A stretch of 51,168 nt of DNA from an uncultured Verrucomicrobiota bacterium (GTDB taxonomy: Bacteria; Verrucomicrobiota; Kiritimatiellia; CAYTQP01; CAYXEW01), in the NCBI GenBank assembly GCA_964464115.1, contig CAYXEW010000006.1, forward strand, positions 1-51,168, in the 5' to 3' direction. Under the pieces are notes generated by a model that was given only the letters and a program-made list of their open reading frames with translations, was not told the origin of the DNA and did no database searches. The position numbers were made by a program, and so were the translations under genes. The stretch's first letter is position 1, and each line of letters starts with the position of its first letter. Below are positions 38,412 through 47,924 of this stretch, in pieces.

Positions 38412-39830
38412 TTATTCTGGAAAATCAGGTTTCATCGCGCCCGTATACGATGGGATTGTTTCGTAGAACTGCCGGACGTTGTGTTTTTCATCCGGATCTT
38501 TTACTTGCTCCAATATAGTGTTGAAGGCGTATTTTGCATAGTGCCGAAAGGGTGCCAGCCCAACGCGGTTCCGGTATAGAGGGTCATTTGTAAGCGGCCG
38601 CATATAGACGTCCCAGTACGACTTGGCCTCCCGAAGCGCCCCCTCCGCTGATTCCTGCGCGCCTCGCCCGGAAAGCAGAAAGGCTTTCTTCAGGCGGGCG
38701 TCGACTATCGCGGCAATTCGGTGTCGCTCTGGGTTTTGTTTTTCCCGACCCAGTAGATATTCCATTGTACCGTCTTCCGCATGTTGATAGATCACTTCTT
38801 CCGGAAAACGTTGGCGCAACTCATCGAGCACCCCGGCGGCTTTTTCATCTTCCCCATATAGCTTAAAGAAGAGAAAAGCCTCTTCGAGAAAATAACGGAA
38901 GGCCTCATCAAAAGATCCTGCGGGGGCGTTGCGGTTTCGACTTTCCAGTGAGTTTTTGAAGCGTTCAAACATTTCCAGCCGAGGGAGGGTGATGTAGTCT
39001 TCCGTTTGCGGGTCGACCCAGAGAGTTCCCTCCTGAAAGGATTTGCCAATGGCAAAATGAATCATACGCTGTAAGCTCTTTTCGTCAAACCCGGAGGCGT
39101 AGGGCAGCCCTTCCGCGGCCCAGTAGGCGGAGTGGGCCAGGGGCAGGCGCCAGTCAAAGGGGCCATAACGGGAATTAAAGTCCGCTACTTTTTTCGGATT
39201 CATGTGTAGCTCTTCCGCGATCGCACTGTTGGCACCCATGTGGTTTGGTAGCTGACCGTTCGGAAAATGGCGCCCCATCAGTTTGATCCACTGTTGTTTG
39301 TAGTAGTAATGATGGCGGTCGACATCGGAACCCAGCTTGTGTTGAAAGAGCCAAGCCAGTTCATGGTAGATTTTTGGAGCCCCTTTGTTATAGCGCAGCC
39401 CTTCATCGCGGAGCAGTTCGATGCCGTGCCGCACCCATCTCCAGCTGTCCTCGGGTGTCGACATCATTACGCTGACATTATAGGCCAGATTCCAGGCATG
39501 AAAATTCCAAACGGCGGCGGATCGGGGTTCCAGCTTGGTGATCCAGTCTGCGAGTTGCACCAGTTCAAAATAGCGGCCCAGTCGCTGCAACTCGCCCGCC
39601 CGCAACCAGAGAAAATCTACCACAAGGCCGCGAAAACCGCCCATGGCCACTGTTACAAATGAAACCAGCGGCGGGCTGTTTTCATGCGGCGCCACCTGAT
39701 TCAGGTGATAGGCTGTGCGCTGCTGCAATAGCCGGTGTTGACACATGCCTGCAATCATGAGGCCGGCGAGGATTATACATACCGGGAGCACACTGCTTGC
39801 GAACATTTGACGGACGTCTTTTTTCATCAC
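38412..39830 (-). CDS. Conserved membrane-anchored TPR-like protein associated with the ABC transporter
   Basis: N-terminal TM, then GGFRGLVVDFLWLRA...YFELVQLADWITKLEP...AWNLAYNVS...GLRYN. ATGA-coupled to the permease. Confidence 0.8.
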   Translation of the reverse strand: MMKKDVRQMFASSVLPVCIILAGLMIAGMCQHRLLQQRTAYHLNQVAPHENSPPLVSFVTVAMGGFRGLVVDFLWLRAGELQRLGRYFELVQLADWITKLEPRSAAVWNFHAWNLAYNVSVMMSTPEDSWRWVRHGIELLRDEGLRYNKGAPKIYHELAWLFQHKLGSDVDRHHYYYKQQWIKLMGRHFPNGQLPNHMGANSAIAEELHMNPKKVADFNSRYGPFDWRLPLAHSAYWAAEGLPYASGFDEKSLQRMIHFAIGKSFQEGTLWVDPQTEDYITLPRLEMFERFKNSLESRNRNAPAGSFDEAFRYFLEEAFLFFKLYGEDEKAAGVLDELRQRFPEEVIYQHAEDGTMEYLLGREKQNPERHRIAAIVDARLKKAFLLSGRGAQESAEGALREAKSYWDVYMRPLTNDPLYRNRVGLAPFRHYAKYAFNTILEQVKDPDEKHNVRQFYETIPSYTGAMKPDFPE

Positions 39831-41188
39831 CGGGCCAGCTCCCTGCGCCGCAGTATCCAGGCGCTTAGCAACAGCAGCAGAAGGTTGTATACGATCACGC
39901 GCACTAGGATGGCCTGTGTGACGAGGGCTCCCTCAATGAGTTGTCCGGTTGACAGCAGCGATACGGGGTCCGTAGGGGACAGGGGCCGGAGCAGGGCTGC
40001 AGAGCCTTTGAAGGTGAGGGCCATGATCATGGTGAATGGCGGTGCCAATACGGTCTGCCCCTCGCGCATGACCGTGAATGAAAAGTTCTCTGCGGTATCC
40101 AGAATATAACCTCTCAACGTGGTCATCAACAGGAGAAAGCCTGCTGAGAGCGCTGCGACCGGCAAATGAAAAAGTGTTCCCATGCTCACAGCCATGCCGG
40201 CAATAAACAACAGGGTGCCGAGCTGCATCAGGCCGCCCCGGACATAATTGTTCAAAAATGAGGCGTGGTGAACCAATATGTGTACACCGTGGTTGTCCGA
40301 AAAGAAGAGGGTCATGTCCTCTTCATGGCTGATGTATACCACCTTCAGGTCTTGTGGTAAAACCAGCTCTGGAAAAGGGATCCGTATGGACTGCTCTTTG
40401 TTGGGTGTGTGTACCACTTTTTTTTCGTAAATGAGGTGTTCACGCCCGTCCAGCACCTGCCAGGTTCCACTGACCGACGGGCTGCCCAGTTCCGAGGTGG
40501 TAAACCTGTAGCTTAAATAAGCCTCACCTCCATAGCCATGTCCCTTAAGCTGGTAAATCCACCAGGTTTTTTTTCCGGGCTGAACGCGGTATGCCGCCTG
40601 CGTAATTTCCCGCTCTATGTACTCGCGAAATTGTTGCATATCAGCAGCCTTCACGCCGGCCTGTTGCGCCTGGCGCTGTACCACCTCCTCCACCTGTCTG
40701 CTATCGACCGGGGGTATCGGCGCATACGCCTTTCTCGCCGTGAGCGCTTCACCGCGCAACACGACCTGCTCTTCCTGCGTCAGCTTGATTTCGCCGGTAC
40801 TGTGCATCAGCAGGAGGTATACCGCCGCGGCGGCCCCCGTGAACAGCAGGACATTGAGTGTGGCGAGACCCAGCCATTTTCCAAGCCATTGTTCGACGGG
40901 ATGTACGGGTTTAGTGGCCGTTAAAAAAATAGTCTTCTTTTCAATTTCTCCGGAAACGGCTGCGCATCCCGCCCAGAGCGTTGCCAGTGCGAGGATGATG
41001 CGGACGGCCGTCAGGGAATAGCTGAGCATGAGTTGTACCTGCCCCTGTATGGTCCCATCTCCCTTGATCGTCAGAGGCAGGCCGATGACGGCCGCCATGA
41101 GCAGTAGCAGCAGAACCAGTACAACCTTTGAACGCATCGCCTCCTGTAAAGATATTCTGGCTATCGCAAGAATACGGGTCACGGGCAT
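39827..41188 (-). CDS. ABC-2-type permease with large extracytoplasmic insert
   Basis: ILAIARISLQEAMR and EIEKKTIFLTATKPV...LGKWLG. TM clusters at both ends. Ends RRRELAR. Confidence 0.85.
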   Translation of the reverse strand: MPVTRILAIARISLQEAMRSKVVLVLLLLLMAAVIGLPLTIKGDGTIQGQVQLMLSYSLTAVRIILALATLWAGCAAVSGEIEKKTIFLTATKPVHPVEQWLGKWLGLATLNVLLFTGAAAAVYLLLMHSTGEIKLTQEEQVVLRGEALTARKAYAPIPPVDSRQVEEVVQRQAQQAGVKAADMQQFREYIEREITQAAYRVQPGKKTWWIYQLKGHGYGGEAYLSYRFTTSELGSPSVSGTWQVLDGREHLIYEKKVVHTPNKEQSIRIPFPELVLPQDLKVVYISHEEDMTLFFSDNHGVHILVHHASFLNNYVRGGLMQLGTLLFIAGMAVSMGTLFHLPVAALSAGFLLLMTTLRGYILDTAENFSFTVMREGQTVLAPPFTMIMALTFKGSAALLRPLSPTDPVSLLSTGQLIEGALVTQAILVRVIVYNLLLLLLSAWILRRRELAR

Positions 41189-41191
41189 CTC

Positions 41192-42142
41192 CTACAGCTT
41201 CGCTTCGTTTCGGGTTGATAAAAATGGGGCCAGGGCCTGCTGAGATCTCGAACCGGAATCTTCACGGGAGCTCAGCTGTGCGCGCTCTATAACTTCAATA
41301 AAATACTGTTCCAGATTCTTTCTCGGATGGTCGACAGAGACATCACGTTGGAGGATCTCGCGCAGCCTGCGGAGGACGTCTTTAATTTCTTCGGGAGATA
41401 GTTCATTTACGCTGAAGCGGACTTGGTCCCGCTCTTCGAGTAACTCGTGTATGGAGCCGGTCGCCTGGATTCTGCCATTATAAAGAATGGCGATGCGTGA
41501 GCATACATCTTCTACATCGGCCAGCAAGTGTGAGGACAGAATGATGGTTTTACCCCGCCGGGCCAGAGCCAGAATGAGGTCTTTAACCTGGCGGCAGCCA
41601 ATGGGGTCCAGTCCGGAAGTGGGTTCATCAAGAATGACCACATCCGGATCATTAATCAGGGCCTGTGCCAGCCCGATACGCCGCGCCATGCCCTTGGAAA
41701 ACTCACCCACGACCCGGTGACGTGTGTGTTCAAGGCCAATCATGGAAAGCAGTTCGCTTACGCGTTTTGTGCGTTCCGGTCCGGACAGGTTAAACAGCCG
41801 TCCATAGAAATGAAGGGTCTCTTCAGATGTTAAATAAGGGTACAGATAGGATTCTTCCGGCAGGTAACCGATGCGTTCCTTGATGTTTACGTGCCGTGGT
41901 GTATGGCCCAGAACAGATACCGCCCCTCTTGTCGGATGCAACAGTCCCAGCAGAATTTTGATGGTCGTGCTCTTTCCTGAACCGTTGGGCCCGAGCAGAC
42001 CAAACACTTCGCCGCGCCGGATACCCAGATCGAGGTTGTCAACGGCCAACACTTTGGGCCGCATCCAGAAATCTTTAAAAACCTTTGTGAGGTTTTCCGC
42101 CGTTACTACCATCGGTATTTCTTCTTTTTTCATAGTGGACAT
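41192..42142 (-). CDS. ABC transporter ATP-binding protein
   Basis: GPNGSGKST, FSKGM signature, ILDEPTSGLDP and SSH. Confidence 0.95.
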   Translation of the reverse strand: MSTMKKEEIPMVVTAENLTKVFKDFWMRPKVLAVDNLDLGIRRGEVFGLLGPNGSGKSTTIKILLGLLHPTRGAVSVLGHTPRHVNIKERIGYLPEESYLYPYLTSEETLHFYGRLFNLSGPERTKRVSELLSMIGLEHTRHRVVGEFSKGMARRIGLAQALINDPDVVILDEPTSGLDPIGCRQVKDLILALARRGKTIILSSHLLADVEDVCSRIAILYNGRIQATGSIHELLEERDQVRFSVNELSPEEIKDVLRRLREILQRDVSVDHPRKNLEQYFIEVIERAQLSSREDSGSRSQQALAPFLSTRNEAKL

Positions 42143-43111
42143 TTATTTTAACTCAGCATGCTTAAAAACCAAGGCTCCAAAGGACAGAATGGCAGTGCTG
42201 TAGGACAGGCTGTAGAGCGCGGCAGACAACAGGTACGCGCCAGGGACTTTCAGGCCCTGGCGCAATGCATCCGTCACCCAGAAATGCTGCATATTGGGAA
42301 TGAGCACGTAGCCCACCCGGGCCGCTGGGTTGTGATCTGCGAGGGGGCCAATAAAATAGTCTGACACCAGCCCGGCAAGAAAAATGATGCAGGTGACGGT
42401 GACCGCCGCCGTGAGGTCCAGCTTGACGGCCAGCATGACAGAGAGGGCCGCTGTGATGAGGGTCGCCATCAGGATCAGTGCCGACAGGGCGGGAATGTCG
42501 TAACGGTACCCCGATCCAAAGGCGGACTGCCATTGCAGGGAGCGGTCGAAAAAACCGAGCACTATGAACAGTATGGACAGGCCCGCCGCCAGAATCAAAA
42601 AGGCGCTGGAGCTGAACGGCTTGCGCCTCGCATAGTTGATGGTGCCGGCTGCCAGCAGGCAGACACAAAGTGTCAGCAACATGCCCGATGCGCTGACCCA
42701 GTCAGTGCGGAAGGCTTCATGACAGGTTCGTGCGCTGATGATACATGCGACTGCCATGCAAAAGGAAAAGAGTGCCAGTACGCTGGCAATGCCGGCATAT
42801 TTAGCCATAAAAAAAACGGTACCGGGAACGGGTTTGCTCAAGATGGATGCGGCCGTGCCGCGGTGTATTTCGCGCGACACCGTTGCGCCGGCCGCAAATC
42901 CCGCGAGTAAGAGGCCGGTGATGAACTGAAGGGCGAGAATGCTGTCAATCACCATAATCTGTGTTTCGCCCAGCGTCTGTGAAATAACCAAAGGCAAAAA
43001 TGCCGCCGCCCCCAGCGCAATCAGTAATAAGATAACGGTGATCGGTTGCCGGATCACCTCCAGAAAAGTGATGCGACTGATGGTGAAAAACTGGTTTAGT
43101 AATCGAGTCAT
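42143..43111 (-). CDS. ABC-2-type permease
   Basis: ISRITFLEVIRQP, EIHRGTAASILSKPV...AKYAG and IPNMQHFW. Ends FKHAEL. Start may be 43153. Confidence 0.85.
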   Translation of the reverse strand: MTRLLNQFFTISRITFLEVIRQPITVILLLIALGAAAFLPLVISQTLGETQIMVIDSILALQFITGLLLAGFAAGATVSREIHRGTAASILSKPVPGTVFFMAKYAGIASVLALFSFCMAVACIISARTCHEAFRTDWVSASGMLLTLCVCLLAAGTINYARRKPFSSSAFLILAAGLSILFIVLGFFDRSLQWQSAFGSGYRYDIPALSALILMATLITAALSVMLAVKLDLTAAVTVTCIIFLAGLVSDYFIGPLADHNPAARVGYVLIPNMQHFWVTDALRQGLKVPGAYLLSAALYSLSYSTAILSFGALVFKHAELK

Positions 43112-43156
43112 AACAATAACTATAAGGGCAACGTCAAGCACCCCTCCGTTCAAAAA

Positions 43157-44707
43157 TTATTTTATACCAAATGCTTTCATGGCGCCGGGAAGTTCGCCTA
43201 TGAGGTCCATAGCCGTCATACCCGGCTGTGTATACCTGCCCGCCGCCCGGTCGCCGCAGACCCCATGCATGTACACGCCGAAGGCAAGAGATTCTTCGGC
43301 CGTAAATCCCTGTGCAACCATACCAGCTATCATGCCGGCCAGGACATCCCCCGATCCACCAGTAGCCATTCCGGGGTTACCGGTCGTGTTGACGAATAGG
43401 GACATGTCGGGCCCCCCGATAACACTCCCGGCTCCCTTGAGTACAATATAGGCGCCACTCTGCTCTACAGCCTCTTTCACGGCTCCGAGTCGATCGGCTT
43501 GAACCGCTTGTATGGAGGTGTCCAGCAGGCGCGCCATTTCACCCGGATGCGGTGTCAATATAACGGTGTTTGTGGCTCGCCTCATCGCTTTCAACTGCCC
43601 GGCCAGCACATTCAGGGCGTCCGCATCCAGAGTGACGGGTGTGTTGTCGAGAGACAGAAGATGGTGCACGATGTGTTCGGTGTCGGCGCAGGTCGTCATG
43701 CCGGGGCCCGCTAGGACAGCATTGCAGTTTTTCAACCCCGTATCGAGAAGTGATAAGGCGCGTCGGGAGAGAGAGCCCTGCTCAGTGGAGGCGCCCGGGT
43801 GCACCATCATCTCCGGCGTGCTGGCCGCAACATACTGCGCTACGCTATCAGGTACAATGGCTGAAACAAGCCCCGCTCCCGTGCGCAGAGCAGCTCTGCC
43901 GGCCATTATCGCCGCGCCCGAAAAACCGGTAGTGCCCCCGATAAAAAGCATATGACCGTAGTCCCCTTTATGGGTCGACCGCCCCCGCGTAGGCAGCACA
44001 ATGTCAGATGGAGAAAGCCACTCTATGCACCCCTCATTTTGTCCTGTTATCCCCTCTGTCGGCAGGCCGATATCAATGGTGACAATTTCCCCGACAAATT
44101 CAGTCGCCGACGGGACGATCATCCCTTTTTTGGGCAATCCCATCGTAATCGAGATATCGCTGCGGACCGTGTGTTTTGACGATACGCCGGTATCAGGATT
44201 TAATCCCGAGGGAAGATCAATCGCGACGACTCTTGCCGTTCCGCAGTGTTGATTAATTACGCCTATAGCCTCGCGTGCAAGTCCGCGTGGCTCTCCTGAA
44301 AAACCGGTGCCCAGAATACCATCTACCAGAATTGTGTGGGCGTCCATCGATTCGGGGCTGTACCTTTCGGTGGAAATCTGGCAGGGTACTCCGGCCTCTG
44401 TCATATCATCGTATGCCGTTCGCGCATCACCCTGCAAGGTCCCGGGATCGCCCAGCAGGTGAACGCTGACACGAAAGTTTTCCCCATGAAGGATCCTGGC
44501 GGCCACACAGGCATCCCCGCCATTATTGCCCCTTCCGGCGATGAACAGGATGCGGGGGGTGGGTATCTGCCATACGAGCATCTTTTTCTTTAAGCATGCA
44601 GCCAGTCCGCGCCCGGCGCGGGTCATGAGTTCATAACCGGGTACACCGCATTCTTCAATCGTGATCCGATCCAGCTCTCTCATATGTGTTGCTGATACCG
44701 TTTTCAT
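43157..44707 (-). CDS. nnr: Bifunctional NAD(P)HX epimerase/dehydratase
   Basis: GRGNNGGD, VDGILGTG, AIDLPSG, HKGDYG, LDADAL, TPHPGEM and GNPGMATGGSGDVLAG. Confidence 0.95.
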   Translation of the reverse strand: MKTVSATHMRELDRITIEECGVPGYELMTRAGRGLAACLKKKMLVWQIPTPRILFIAGRGNNGGDACVAARILHGENFRVSVHLLGDPGTLQGDARTAYDDMTEAGVPCQISTERYSPESMDAHTILVDGILGTGFSGEPRGLAREAIGVINQHCGTARVVAIDLPSGLNPDTGVSSKHTVRSDISITMGLPKKGMIVPSATEFVGEIVTIDIGLPTEGITGQNEGCIEWLSPSDIVLPTRGRSTHKGDYGHMLFIGGTTGFSGAAIMAGRAALRTGAGLVSAIVPDSVAQYVAASTPEMMVHPGASTEQGSLSRRALSLLDTGLKNCNAVLAGPGMTTCADTEHIVHHLLSLDNTPVTLDADALNVLAGQLKAMRRATNTVILTPHPGEMARLLDTSIQAVQADRLGAVKEAVEQSGAYIVLKGAGSVIGGPDMSLFVNTTGNPGMATGGSGDVLAGMIAGMVAQGFTAEESLAFGVYMHGVCGDRAAGRYTQPGMTAMDLIGELPGAMKAFGIK

Positions 44708-44917
44708 AACGATCCACTATAGTACCGGAAGCCCACACAGATCAATAAGGATGTGGATAGAAGAAACGGCAACAGTCCACGCGATAATGACATTACATGA
44801 AATACTATGTGCTTAAAAAAAAACATCAGCCATTTTTTAATTTCTAGCCAAAATAGTTGAAATTAGTTTCCGTGTGAAATGGCATTTTGCGTGTTCAGCA
44901 TTTTCTGTGGTGCGATC

Positions 44918-45038
44918 GTTCAGAATTCAGGTAGGATCTCTTTCCTGAACTCTGAACACTTACAACGCTTGGAATTGGCTATACGCCATGCTGTATTATC
45001 GACTCATTCACTCAAACGAAGACTTAGGGGCTAAACGG
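44918..45038 (-). repeat. Dispersed repeat, copy B
   Basis: 44952-44989 matches 1923-1960 at 37/38 nt in reverse complement. Adjacent GTTCAGAATTCAGG...CCTGAACTCTGAAC hairpin. Confidence 0.9.
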
Positions 45039-45180
45039 CCTTCCGTGATGCGGCCCAAAAAATACTAGGAAATATTGAAGTATATAAAATTGGTCAACGA
45101 GGAGGAAAAGTATAAAATAAAGGCTCGGAAGGCGGCAATAAAATGCAACGCAATGCGTTACAGAGCAAAGGTGACGGAGG

Positions 45181-47646
45181 ATGACCTGGCGCTCCTCAGA
45201 TACAGTCGACGGAGAGCAGTTTAACAATTGTTTTCTGACCTCGCTCAGAAGGGTGGCCGACCTCCTGTTGCCCTCCCGCGAGGCGATTCCTTACGAGGAG
45301 TTTCTGGATGCGGTGTCGTCTGTTATCGGTACGGGCAGTACGGCGTTTTATCTCTTTGAGCGCGATGAGAATCAGCAACTGTGCGGAGTGGGCGTCGTCG
45401 CAAGGCGCATAAGCGAAGCCTGCGATACCGACAGTTGTTCAGTGTTGCCCGCGCGGCTTCCTCTGGAGGCTGCGGAAGTTTTATACCGCCAGATGAGCGC
45501 GCATGAGTCGCGTGTGATGCGGGAACAGCAACTGCCAGCCATTTTAAAGCCGGTGCTGCTGGACGCCCCCAACCAGCATGTGCTGCTGCTGCCGTTGAAG
45601 CCCGGCCACCATCTTGAAGCAACGCTGGTTTGCCGTCAGTGCGGGGAACATACAAAGTGGTCCGACGGGGAACAACAGTTTCTCGTTGAAGCGCTATCGT
45701 ATCTCGAACAGTTCATCATGCGGTTCAAGGTTGAGAAGGAACTGGCTCAGAGTCGCCGGATGGTCTCAACCCTGATGAGCAATCTGCCGGGGATGGCTTA
45801 TCACAGTTCCGCCACCTTTCCCAGGATTATGAAATACATCAGTGAAGGGTGCCGGAATTTACTGGGGGCGCCCTATAAAGCCTTAAAAGACAATACAGAA
45901 ATGGTGTTTGATGAATTGATCTGCCCCGAGGATCTCCCCGCAGTTAAATGGGGGCTGTTGGATGCTGCTGAAAAAGAAACGGATTATCAGTTGATATATC
46001 GTATTCATATTCAGCCGGATACTATTCGCTGGGTGTGGGACCGAGGCTGTGTGGTGCGGGATGCAGATCGCCTCGTGTGTGAAGGGTTTATGGCCGATAT
46101 CACGCAGCGAAAAGAGGCCGAAGAAAAAATAATACGCTCAAAACAGGAGTGGGAGCGAACGTTTGACACCGTGTATGACCCCATCGTCATTCTCGACTCC
46201 CATTACCGGGTTCTCCGCATCAACCAGGCGGCCGCAGACCATATGGGCTTGCCGCTTCAAGCCTGTATCGGGCAATCGTTTTTTACGTTTGAGGAAAACG
46301 CAGAAGATCTCAAACAAATCGAAAACCCCGTAATGGAAGAGCGTTTAGGTTATCAGCGAAAACATATACACCTGCCCTCGCTACAAAAAGATTTTCGCGT
46401 GACATCAGCACCCTTCTATGGAGAGCATGGGGATATAAAAGGCCGGACATATGTAGCACACGACATTACCGACCTCAAGCAAAGTGAAGAAAAGAGACTG
46501 CGGCTGGAGGCCCGCATTCAGCAGGCGCAGAAAGTGGAAAGCCTGGGGGGAATGGCTGCAGGTATAGCCCATGACTTCAACAATATATTGCAGGTCATAC
46601 GCGGTAATGCCGATTTAATTCAGGCTGAACTGGATGACGCCGGCACCGCTGTCAGCCAGATGCTGACCGATATACAGGATGCGTCTGACCGCGCCGCCGG
46701 ACTGTGCAAACAGATGTTGACTTATTCGGGAAAGAGCCCGACGACCATGGATCAGTTGGATGTTCACACGGTGTTGGAAGACGTCAAAGGAATGCTGCAA
46801 ACCACCATTTCACACAGGGCAGAACTGGTGTATGACCTAGGTGCCGAAGAGCACGTTATCTACGCCGATCGCGTGCTGATACAGCAGGCTTTCATCAACC
46901 TGGTAAGCAATGCCTCAGACGCCCTGAAAGGTGAGAAGGGTACCATCACCGTTCAAACCGCCAATTGTGTGCCGGAATCCGGCGATGCCCTGATAGGTTC
47001 ATTCAACGGTGATCGCTGTATTCAGCTTCAAATAAAAGATAGCGGAAGTGGCATTGAAGAACAGAACCTGTTGGCCATTTTCGACCCGTTCTATTCTACC
47101 AAATTTCTAGGCCGCGGCCTCGGGCTCGCAGCAGTCCAGGGCATTGTGCGCAGCCACAATGGAGCGCTGCAAATTGAGCAGCCAAAGGGTGGCGGAAGCT
47201 CTTTTCAGCTATATTTTCCGGTTCAAGCCCCTGTCGCGACCACAGCCCAGCCTGTAGAGGTGCCGCCCGGGCGCACCGTGCTGTTAGTAGATGATGAACG
47301 TTCTGTACTGAATATAACAGAGAAAAACCTGCGTCAGGTAGGGTTGCAGGTCGCAACCGCCGCCAATGGTCGGCAGGCTCTCGAGGTGCTGGCCGCAAGC
47401 GGCGACGCCATATCCGTCATCCTGCTGGATTTGATAATGCCCGTCATGGACGGTACCGAAACCCTCAGGGAAATTAGAAAAAAAAGCTGTGATATCCCGG
47501 TAGTGATGATGTCCGGCTACAACAGGGAAATGTCTACAGCCGGTCTGCATGGCCTGAAAATTGATGGATTTATTCAAAAGCCATTCACGCTTGAGAGCCT
47601 TCTCAGCGAGCTGATTTCAGCAATGAAATCAAAAGAAAAGACGTAA
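45181..47646 (+). CDS. Hybrid sensor histidine kinase (GAF-like, PAS-PAS, HisKA, HATPase, REC)
   Basis: GGAGG RBS. AAGIAHDFNNIL, NLVSNA, DSGSG, FYSTK..GRGLGL and receiver LLVDDE...LLDLIMP..KPF. Confidence 0.95.
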   Translation: MTWRSSDTVDGEQFNNCFLTSLRRVADLLLPSREAIPYEEFLDAVSSVIGTGSTAFYLFERDENQQLCGVGVVARRISEACDTDSCSVLPARLPLEAAEVLYRQMSAHESRVMREQQLPAILKPVLLDAPNQHVLLLPLKPGHHLEATLVCRQCGEHTKWSDGEQQFLVEALSYLEQFIMRFKVEKELAQSRRMVSTLMSNLPGMAYHSSATFPRIMKYISEGCRNLLGAPYKALKDNTEMVFDELICPEDLPAVKWGLLDAAEKETDYQLIYRIHIQPDTIRWVWDRGCVVRDADRLVCEGFMADITQRKEAEEKIIRSKQEWERTFDTVYDPIVILDSHYRVLRINQAAADHMGLPLQACIGQSFFTFEENAEDLKQIENPVMEERLGYQRKHIHLPSLQKDFRVTSAPFYGEHGDIKGRTYVAHDITDLKQSEEKRLRLEARIQQAQKVESLGGMAAGIAHDFNNILQVIRGNADLIQAELDDAGTAVSQMLTDIQDASDRAAGLCKQMLTYSGKSPTTMDQLDVHTVLEDVKGMLQTTISHRAELVYDLGAEEHVIYADRVLIQQAFINLVSNASDALKGEKGTITVQTANCVPESGDALIGSFNGDRCIQLQIKDSGSGIEEQNLLAIFDPFYSTKFLGRGLGLAAVQGIVRSHNGALQIEQPKGGGSSFQLYFPVQAPVATTAQPVEVPPGRTVLLVDDERSVLNITEKNLRQVGLQVATAANGRQALEVLAASGDAISVILLDLIMPVMDGTETLREIRKKSCDIPVVMMSGYNREMSTAGLHGLKIDGFIQKPFTLESLLSELISAMKSKEKT

Positions 47647-47811
47647 CCAATTTTACGGTAACAGGTTACATGACCAACGTCGCAATGAGTTTGTATGACA
47701 TTTTTTTAAATAAAAAAAAGACCCAAAAAAAAGACCCTCTCAAGTTGTTTGTTTACAATGTGTTAGATCGTTTTCAAATGAAGATTGAAAAAACCATCCT
47801 TGACTCAAAAA

Positions 47812-47860
47812 ATACAGTATATAGTATCAAACATCGTGCTAATAATACTACATGTTGTGT
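47812..47860 (+). promoter_or_regulatory. Tandem NrdR boxes overlapping the nrdJ promoter
   Basis: ATACAGTATATAGTAT (47812-47827) and ATACTACATGTTGTGT (47845-47860) fit acaCwAtATaTwGtgt. TTGACT(47800)-16-TAGTAT overlaps box 1. Confidence 0.8.
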
Positions 47861-47924
47861 TTAACATGCTTGAAAAGAACATAATTTATTCTAATTCATC
47901 GAGTTATAAAAGGAGAGAGTAACG

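Noticed and set aside
1923-44989. A single 43-kb transposon bounded by the inverted repeats
   Set aside because: The interior is mostly housekeeping genes, no transposase lies at either end, and similarity extends outside the core. Dispersed copies are more parsimonious.
45024-45227. 67-aa - strand ORF ending like the LRR gene (PFSP vs PLAP)
   Set aside because: Overlaps the kinase start and has low-complexity composition. The similarity is explained by the DNA repeat.
47670-47864. 64-aa ORF or cobalamin riboswitch upstream of nrdJ
   Set aside because: AT-rich promoter region containing NrdR boxes, with no B12-box seen.
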